Under the pieces are notes generated by a model. That model did no database searches, was not told the DNA's origin, and saw only the letters and a program-made list of their open reading frames with translations. A stretch of DNA of 64,000 bases from Candidatus Parcubacteria bacterium (GTDB taxonomy: Bacteria > Patescibacteriota > Patescibacteriia > UBA1558 > GWA2-36-10), in the NCBI GenBank assembly GCA_018669975.1, contig JABHSK010000007.1, positions 390 to 64,389 on the forward strand, given 5' to 3'. The translations under genes were made by a program, and so were the position numbers. Shown piece by piece: positions 57,665 to 64,000 of the stretch (within the stretch, counting starts at the first letter, position 1; each line of letters opens with the position of its first letter).

Positions 57665-58927
57665 ATGAAACCGTTCTACGGTCTTGATTTTGGAACTAGC
57701 AATCTGTCGATTGCTATCCAGAATGGGGAAGGCACACAAGTCTTGCCTATTGATGGTCAAAATAAAACGATGCCGACGGTATTATATTTTGGACCAAGTG
57801 GAGGGGAACCAATTGTTGGTCAGAGTGCTATGTTGCGCTATGTTGCCGATGGGATGAGTGGACGCTTTATGCAGTCACTCAAGTCAGTTTTACCTAATTC
57901 CGGGTTTACTGGCACCTATCTAGATAGGCTTGGCTTTGCCGATATTGAAGACTTGATTGCTTATATCCTTAGGGATGTTAGGCAGCGAGCCAACGAACAA
58001 GTCGGCATGGACATTGATCGGGCTGTTTTTGGGCGGCCAGCAGAATTTTCCAAGGATCCGGAAGAAGAAACTATGGCCATCGAGCGCCTGATGAAGGCTG
58101 CCAAGCTGGCAGGTTTTAATGAAGTTGAACTTCAGTTGGAGCCAATTGCGGCCGCTTTTCACTACGAAATGTCTTTAGATAGAGAAGAGGTTGTATTGGT
58201 TGCAGACCTGGGTGGAGGTACCACTGACTTTACGGTCACCAGGTTGTCTCCAAAAAGAAGGAGAAAACGAGATCGCTCCAAGGACATCTTGTCTACTGGT
58301 GGTGTCTACATCGGTGGCGATAAGTTTGACTCAGCTGTAATGGAGATGAAATTGCTTAAGTACTTTGGTCAAGATGCCGAGTACAACAGTTGGGAAAAAT
58401 GGATGCGTTTTCCATCGTACCTTGTTCGTGGCATTATGCAATGGCAAGAAATTGCCTTCCTCAAAGATACTCGCACTATGCGTGTGCTCAATGATCTAGT
58501 ACGTTATGCTAGGACAAAAGAAGACAAAGAGTGTGCTATACGCTTACTTACTCTAATAGATGAGAACCTGGGCTTTTCCTTGTTTCAAACTATTGAGACC
58601 GCTAAGCGTGGTTTGTCTACTTATGATAGTGACTGTATTTACTTTAATCAGTCAGCTATTAAGATTGTCGAGCCAATCTTTCGAAATGAGTTTGATGAAA
58701 TCATTGCCTTTGCACTAGAGGAGTACGAACAATGCGTAGATCAGGTTTTGGCTGATGCCGGAGTTTCTAATGGTAGAATTGACTCGGTCTTTCTAACAGG
58801 AGGATCTTCACTGGTGCCTTGCGTCCAATCGGCTTTTGCCAATCGTTTTGGTGAAGACAAATTGAGACGTGGCGACACCTTCATTAGTGTTGCTTCAGGA
58901 CTGGCTTCTAGCCAGTTGCTTTCCTAA
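57665..58927 (+). CDS. Hsp70-family ATPase, nucleotide-binding domain only (YegD-like)
   Basis: Phosphate-1 GLDFGTSN, phosphate-2 ADLGGGTTDFTV and a C-terminal ...FLTGGSS.VP. About 52% GC. Confidence 0.65.
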   Translation: MKPFYGLDFGTSNLSIAIQNGEGTQVLPIDGQNKTMPTVLYFGPSGGEPIVGQSAMLRYVADGMSGRFMQSLKSVLPNSGFTGTYLDRLGFADIEDLIAYILRDVRQRANEQVGMDIDRAVFGRPAEFSKDPEEETMAIERLMKAAKLAGFNEVELQLEPIAAAFHYEMSLDREEVVLVADLGGGTTDFTVTRLSPKRRRKRDRSKDILSTGGVYIGGDKFDSAVMEMKLLKYFGQDAEYNSWEKWMRFPSYLVRGIMQWQEIAFLKDTRTMRVLNDLVRYARTKEDKECAIRLLTLIDENLGFSLFQTIETAKRGLSTYDSDCIYFNQSAIKIVEPIFRNEFDEIIAFALEEYEQCVDQVLADAGVSNGRIDSVFLTGGSSLVPCVQSAFANRFGEDKLRRGDTFISVASGLASSQLLS

Positions 58928-59016
58928 GCAGAGAGGTTCTAATTGAGCCTCTTTTTTTATTTGGCTTGACAGGATGTTTTATCTGTGTTAATGTGTTAGT
59001 ATACTAATACAGAGAT

Positions 59017-59340
59017 ATGCAAGAATTTAAATTTAATAAAAAAAGTGACGATTTATTTAAGATTATTCTAAAGCTTAAAAACATTAAAGAAGCTGAGGCT
59101 TTTTTTCGTGATTTGTGTACTATTTCTGAATTGCAGGAAATGGTTGATCGCTGGAGAATAGTTAGATTATTGTCAGAAAATAAATCATATCGTGATATTG
59201 CCAAAGAACTTAAAACTAGTACTACCACAGTATCTAGGGTAGCTTCTTGGTTAAAAAATGGAAAAGGTGGTTATTCATTAGCACTCAAGCGCTCAGGTAG
59301 TCATCATAGTAACTCTTCCTCTGGGAAAGGGTTGCGTTGA
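59017..59340 (+). CDS. TrpR-like YerC/YecD family protein
   Basis: ...DRWRIVRLLSENKSYRDIAKELKTSTTTVSRVASWLKNG is the YerC/TrpR-related HTH signature. Confidence 0.65.
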   Translation: MQEFKFNKKSDDLFKIILKLKNIKEAEAFFRDLCTISELQEMVDRWRIVRLLSENKSYRDIAKELKTSTTTVSRVASWLKNGKGGYSLALKRSGSHHSNSSSGKGLR

Positions 59341-59438
59341 TATTTTGTGATATAAACTTAGCCCCTTCCCGTCGGGAAGGGGCTTTTTGTTTTGTGCAAA
59401 AGGCTGACGCTCTTTTCATTGTAATAGGAGGTAATAAC

Positions 59439-60368
59439 ATGCAACGAGTCGTGGATTATTTTGTGAATAGGGATTTTAGTAATATTGTCCCTGGAGCATC
59501 AGTTGGTGCCGAAATCGAGACCTCTTTGGTAGAAAGACAAGGCGGTCGTCCGATTTCTCTGCAGACTTCTCAGATGATTATGCAACAACTGATTGATAGT
59601 GGGCAGTGGAATCTTCAGGAGAGTAAGGGAGGTTTGATTTCTGCCCTGATGGACAAGCAGGGTAATCGGATTTGTTATGAGTTGGGTCGGCAAAATTTTG
59701 AGGTCGTCACAGTACCCAGTCAGGTAGATTCCTTGTTGGTAAAGACCAGGGGCTTGCTTGGGCAATTGTATTTGGCGGCTGAAAAATATGGGGCTGAACC
59801 ATTCTTTGGGCCAGTTTTACACACTGAGGAGAATCTGCTGATTATTCCTGATGCGCGTGATGCTACCTGGTTGCAAGTGGATGGTAAGCGGGCACTGGAA
59901 TTTTTGTCCCGTATTTCAGCAGTGCAATTTACGATAGCCGTAGAAAAGAATAGGGCTATCAGCTGCCTTAATCAACTGGCGGGTAAGCTGGATATCTTCC
60001 TGGATTATTATCCACAGCATGTTAATTGGTTGGCATACATCGCTGGCTCCAATGCAGGTTATGCTCACAGTCGTTATGGTGGGCCACTGTATTTTGAGAG
60101 TATTGCCGATTATGCTAGGCAATTGACTGGTCATGGTGTGATTACCGAAAGTGTTAGGCCTTCACTCCGTGAGCCGTGCACTGGTAATTTGCGACCACTC
60201 AGTGAGGTGGTTGATCTGGATATTCCCATGTACCTGCGGTCTGTCTGGTGGCACTTTCGGCTCAAGGTTTATGGTGACTGCCTCTGTATTGAAGTTAGAC
60301 CGATTGGTCGTCGTAATGATGACCAGCTGGAAGAGCAGCTTGATTTAGTGATGAGTTGCTTTAGCTGA
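59439..60368 (+). CDS. Putative carboxylate-amine ligase (glutamate-cysteine-ligase family 2-like); low confidence
   Basis: N-terminal ...GASVGAEIETSLVER resembles the GCS2/YbdK start. RBS aggagg. About 50% GC. Confidence 0.3.
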   Translation: MQRVVDYFVNRDFSNIVPGASVGAEIETSLVERQGGRPISLQTSQMIMQQLIDSGQWNLQESKGGLISALMDKQGNRICYELGRQNFEVVTVPSQVDSLLVKTRGLLGQLYLAAEKYGAEPFFGPVLHTEENLLIIPDARDATWLQVDGKRALEFLSRISAVQFTIAVEKNRAISCLNQLAGKLDIFLDYYPQHVNWLAYIAGSNAGYAHSRYGGPLYFESIADYARQLTGHGVITESVRPSLREPCTGNLRPLSEVVDLDIPMYLRSVWWHFRLKVYGDCLCIEVRPIGRRNDDQLEEQLDLVMSCFS

Positions 60369-60453
60369 CATTTATGGGAGGAAGAAATTCCTCCCTTTTA
60401 CCCGGTAATTTATAAAATAGATTATCGAGTAGAAGATTATTAATAATAAAATT

Positions 60454-60927
60454 ATGTCTATTTATGTATTTGGCTACGGATCATTAATGAATGCTGGTAG
60501 CTTGCAGCGAACTTTGCCTGGAAAAAAAATTATGGCTAAAGCTAGCTTGTTGGGCTATCGACGTAAAATTAATGCACCAGTAGATGGTTATCTCTATCTA
60601 AATATTGTACCAAAAAAGAAATGGAAAGTAGGTGGAGTAATAATTAAAATATCGGAGCAGGATTTAGAATTTTTAAAACAAAGAGAAATTGGTTATAATT
60701 GCTTAGATGTCAGTGATAGGATGACACAGAAATTTGATGGCCGGGTATTTACTTTTGTCGCTCCAAATAAAGAATATCCAAAATTTAAAATTCCCTGGAG
60801 CTATATCAATACCTGTTTATCTACTGTGTCATACGATAAGCGTGATTTGTGGCTAGACGAAACTATAATAGTTAATGATATTGAGTACGATATTGATCAG
60901 CCGGTCTATTCTTTAGTGGCTAAATAA
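60454..60927 (+). CDS. Gamma-glutamyl cyclotransferase-like (AIG2/GGCT fold) protein
   Basis: N-terminal YVFGYGSLM motif. Confidence 0.55.
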   Translation: MSIYVFGYGSLMNAGSLQRTLPGKKIMAKASLLGYRRKINAPVDGYLYLNIVPKKKWKVGGVIIKISEQDLEFLKQREIGYNCLDVSDRMTQKFDGRVFTFVAPNKEYPKFKIPWSYINTCLSTVSYDKRDLWLDETIIVNDIEYDIDQPVYSLVAK

Positions 60928-61001
60928 GCCTAGGTTTTCTTGACAATCGAGTCTTATATCTCTATAGTTAAAAAGAAATTTGATAAAATTATTTTTAATT
61001 T

Positions 61002-62180
61002 ATGAAGGTTGATAAAGATAAAATTGAAGAACTATTAACTAGGGGTGTAGACGAAGTTATAGACCTCGATAGTTTAAGGAAAAAGCTGCAGGCAGGTAAA
61101 AAATTACGTGTTAAATTAGGGATTGATCCGACTAGCTCTAATATCCACCTAGGTCGTATGGTGCCGTTATTGAAGTTGCGTGATTTCCAAGAATTGGGGC
61201 ATCAGATTGTATTTATAGTTGGAGATTTTACAGGTACTATTGGTGATACCAGTGACAAGGAAGCGGAAAGGCCAGCTATTAGTAAAAAAATGATAGAAGA
61301 TAATCTGCGTACTTATATAGATCAAGTGGCTAGGGTGATAGATATCGATAAAGTAGAGGTGCATTACAATTCTGAATGGCTAGCTAAACTCAAGTATGAA
61401 GATATAGGCGAGCAGGCTAATCAATTTTCTTTAGCAGAATTTATATCTAGAAAAAATATCAAGGATCGTCTAGATAAAGGTAATAGAGTTTCACTTAAAG
61501 AATTGTTGTATCCGCTGATGCAGGGTTATGACTCGGTGATGGTTAAGGCAGATGTAGAATTAGGCGGTACTGACCAAAGATTTAATCTATTGGCTGGTAG
61601 GAATATGCAGGAACATTATAAACAGCCAGCGCAAGATATTTTAATGACTAATTTAATTGAAGGATTAGATGGTCGTAAGATGAGTTCCAGTTGGGGTAAT
61701 ACAATTAATTTTAATGATCCAGCAGTGGAAATGTTTGGTAAGGTAATGAAAATGACTGATGAGATGATCGTTGTTTTTTATGAGCACTGCACTAGAGTGC
61801 CAATGACTGAAGTTAAACAATATGAGACAGACATGAGGGCTGATAAAGTTAATCCACGAGACATCAAGATGAAATTGGCTAGAGAGATTACCAGTTTTTT
61901 CTGGGGAGTCAAAGAGGCTGAGCAGGCAGAGGATAGTTTTGTGTCTATGATTCAAAACAAAGAAGTGCCCGATGATATGCCAGAGTTGTCACCTAAATCA
62001 AATAATATTGTTGATGTTTTAATAGAGGCCAAGTTAGCCAAGAGTAAAAGTGACGCTAGACGCTTAATTGATGGCGGAGGTGTTAAGGTTAACGATGATA
62101 AGGTAGGAGATTATGAGATTGAGTTGAAATCAGGGGATATAGTTAAGAAGGGAAAGCGTTTCTTTGTTAAAATAAAGTAA
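61002..62180 (+). CDS. tyrS: Tyrosyl-tRNA synthetase
   Basis: The HIGH-like region GIDPTSSNIHLGRMVPL, a KMSSS loop and a C-terminal S4 domain. Confidence 0.8.
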   Translation: MKVDKDKIEELLTRGVDEVIDLDSLRKKLQAGKKLRVKLGIDPTSSNIHLGRMVPLLKLRDFQELGHQIVFIVGDFTGTIGDTSDKEAERPAISKKMIEDNLRTYIDQVARVIDIDKVEVHYNSEWLAKLKYEDIGEQANQFSLAEFISRKNIKDRLDKGNRVSLKELLYPLMQGYDSVMVKADVELGGTDQRFNLLAGRNMQEHYKQPAQDILMTNLIEGLDGRKMSSSWGNTINFNDPAVEMFGKVMKMTDEMIVVFYEHCTRVPMTEVKQYETDMRADKVNPRDIKMKLAREITSFFWGVKEAEQAEDSFVSMIQNKEVPDDMPELSPKSNNIVDVLIEAKLAKSKSDARRLIDGGGVKVNDDKVGDYEIELKSGDIVKKGKRFFVKIK

Positions 62181-62301
62181 AATAATTTATAAAATAGAAA
62201 ATCCGTACTTTAGTGCGGGTTTTTTGTTTACCTTGACAAAAAAGCCTACTATCACTATATTTAATAACGACGGCTATCTATTTTAGACGGCTAAAATAAA
62301 T

Positions 62302-63696
62302 ATGTATATGAGTTTAGCAACCTTAACTTTAGTATTTGTCTTTGCAGTTAACATTATTTTGTTATTTTTAATTTTGCTTAGCAAGAATAAGCAAAGACGT
62401 TGGCCAATATTTACGATGGTTTTATTGTTGGCTTTTTGGCAGAGCATAGAATTACTCGATGTTACTATTTTTATTGATAAGGGCATTTTGTTGCTACAGG
62501 CAGAGCGTTTTGGTCTATTGCCAATATTATTTTTAGCACCGGCTTGGATGTGGCTGGTTTTTTCTTTATTTGATAAATGGGCAGAGATCAAGATATATAA
62601 AAAGTTTTTATATTATTTGCCAGGTATTGCTATGATTCCGTTTGTGTTTACGGATTATAACCTTAAAGACGTAGTAGTCAACAATGGTCTGATATCATAT
62701 ACTCCGGGCGCCCTGTATTATTTTTTTAGTATATATTTTGTGGGACTGGTTGGCTACGGACTTTATGTATTGATTAGGCATAGAAATGAATCTGACCTGG
62801 TAGTTAAAAAGCAGATTGACTATATTTTTACAGCTACAGCTCTGACGGTTATTGCTAGCGTGCTATTTAGTGTGATTTTACCCTTGGTAGGTGTTAGTGA
62901 TTTTTATTATATTGGCGTCAATAGTTCAGTTTTGTTTACTTTGATTGTTACCTATGCCTTATTCAGGCATAGGTTTTTTAATGTAAAAATATTTTTTTAT
63001 AGAATAGTTATAAATCTGTTGAGATTATTTATCGTTGGCTTTGTTTTTCATATATTCTATATGATCTTAAGTCAAGTGGTAGGAATTAGTTTTTCTGATA
63101 GTAAAAGTATTATTTTCTTTTTGATATTTTTGGGTGTGACAGCGCCATTTTTATTTGACTTGGTAAATAAGTTGGTCACTTCTTTCTTGATTAATCCAAG
63201 CGATGACGTTAAAAACGCAGAAAATAGTATTGCTGACATTTTGCGTTCCAGTCAGGATATGAATTTATTATATTCTAAATTGGTAAAAGAAATTAGTAAG
63301 GTAGTAGATTACCAGGAAATATTTATTTATCTTTCCAAAAAAGATAGTCCAAACTCTTTTTATCAGGTTTTTCCAGTAGGCGAGCGCTTGATTAATGTCA
63401 AAGATAGTCACATGCTAGAGTTTTTGCAACGATATCATAAAGCCGCCAATCAAGCTGAGATAGGATATTTTAAGACAGATAAAAAATTAGCTAAGGAAAT
63501 GAAAGATAAGCAGATTGACATTGCTTTGCCTATATTCTACAATCAGCAGTTGCTTGGAGTAATGATTATAGATAATGGTGACCAACTATTATCTACCCAA
63601 CAATTACATTTTTTGCATAAGGTTAATAAATATTTAGATATAGCAGTAGGTAGCTTGTTGTTACACCAACAGGCTATGTCTGATAAGTGTAGGTAA
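62302..63696 (+). CDS. 7TM sensor-domain membrane protein with a C-terminal GAF-like domain and no obvious output domain
   Basis: Seven hydrophobic helices in the N-terminal half. The C-terminus has a GAF-like ending ...LLGVMIIDNGDQLLSTQQLHFL. Confidence 0.45.
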   Translation: MYMSLATLTLVFVFAVNIILLFLILLSKNKQRRWPIFTMVLLLAFWQSIELLDVTIFIDKGILLLQAERFGLLPILFLAPAWMWLVFSLFDKWAEIKIYKKFLYYLPGIAMIPFVFTDYNLKDVVVNNGLISYTPGALYYFFSIYFVGLVGYGLYVLIRHRNESDLVVKKQIDYIFTATALTVIASVLFSVILPLVGVSDFYYIGVNSSVLFTLIVTYALFRHRFFNVKIFFYRIVINLLRLFIVGFVFHIFYMILSQVVGISFSDSKSIIFFLIFLGVTAPFLFDLVNKLVTSFLINPSDDVKNAENSIADILRSSQDMNLLYSKLVKEISKVVDYQEIFIYLSKKDSPNSFYQVFPVGERLINVKDSHMLEFLQRYHKAANQAEIGYFKTDKKLAKEMKDKQIDIALPIFYNQQLLGVMIIDNGDQLLSTQQLHFLHKVNKYLDIAVGSLLLHQQAMSDKCR

Positions 63697-63707
63697 TTTG
63701 TAAAAAT

Positions 63708-64000
63708 ATGAATATACAAAATACTGTTTTACTGGCTTCGGGCATTATCAATCTGATAATGAGTGTTTATATTTTATCGCGAGGTTGGAAGAATAAGGTT
63801 AATCTGTATTTTAGCTTGTTAACCTTTTTTAATTCTATGTGGGCTGCGGGATTAATAGTAATAAATGCAGGCGTAAGTCATGAGATGACAAGATTTTTTG
63901 CTAGCTTTATTTATCCAGTGGCATTAATGATAATAGTTAGTTTATTTTATTTTATTATTTATTTTCCTTACAAAACTTTTGAATTGTCAAAATTATATCG
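63708..64000 (+). CDS. Second 7TM sensor-domain membrane protein, 3'-truncated by the window end
   Basis: The ATG at 63708 opens MNIQNTVLLASGIINLIMSVYILSRGWKNK..., typical of the HisKA_7TM-type N-terminus and similar to the upstream gene. Confidence 0.4.
   Translation, partial: MNIQNTVLLASGIINLIMSVYILSRGWKNKVNLYFSLLTFFNSMWAAGLIVINAGVSHEMTRFFASFIYPVALMIIVSLFYFIIYFPYKTFELSKLY

Overview
The window is an AT-rich (~33% GC), CPR-like bacterial chromosome segment with canonical sigma70 promoters and rho-independent terminators. It is dense in housekeeping genes and interrupted by several sharply bounded GC-rich (48-60%) patches. Recognisable content includes an infC-rpmI-rplT operon, smpB followed by a tmRNA gene, and a thymidylate/dNTP cluster (dCMP deaminase, a P-loop kinase, a tandem-repeat ThyX-like protein, folA, dut, tdk, tmk) ending in gatB. 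On the minus strand there are an in-frame MiaB-MiaA fusion, guaB, thrS with a T-box leader, dnaE, prmC-prfA, rpmE, nadK and nadM-Nudix. On the plus strand there are rpsB-tsf-pyrH, a PSP1 protein, gap, cysS, tyrS and an FtsW/RodA homologue. A four-gene tRNA array holds canonical tRNA-Arg and tRNA-Asn flanked by two ~100-nt tRNA-like genes that carry 25-30-nt inserts. Immediately downstream is the most unusual feature: an ~9-kb operon-like cluster with five radical SAM enzymes (three SPASM-type, one B12-binding), a SAM methyltransferase, a TIM-barrel-like hypothetical and a guanylate kinase, with no obvious precursor peptide. Other notable features are a tRNA-Gly 3' fragment next to a GC-rich islet, a GC-rich insertion that apparently truncates an ABC substrate-binding-protein gene, a duplicated terminator-promoter-leader cassette, 65-bp repeats flanking an IMPase gene, and a possible frameshift or non-ATG start at a methyltransferase/radical SAM junction.
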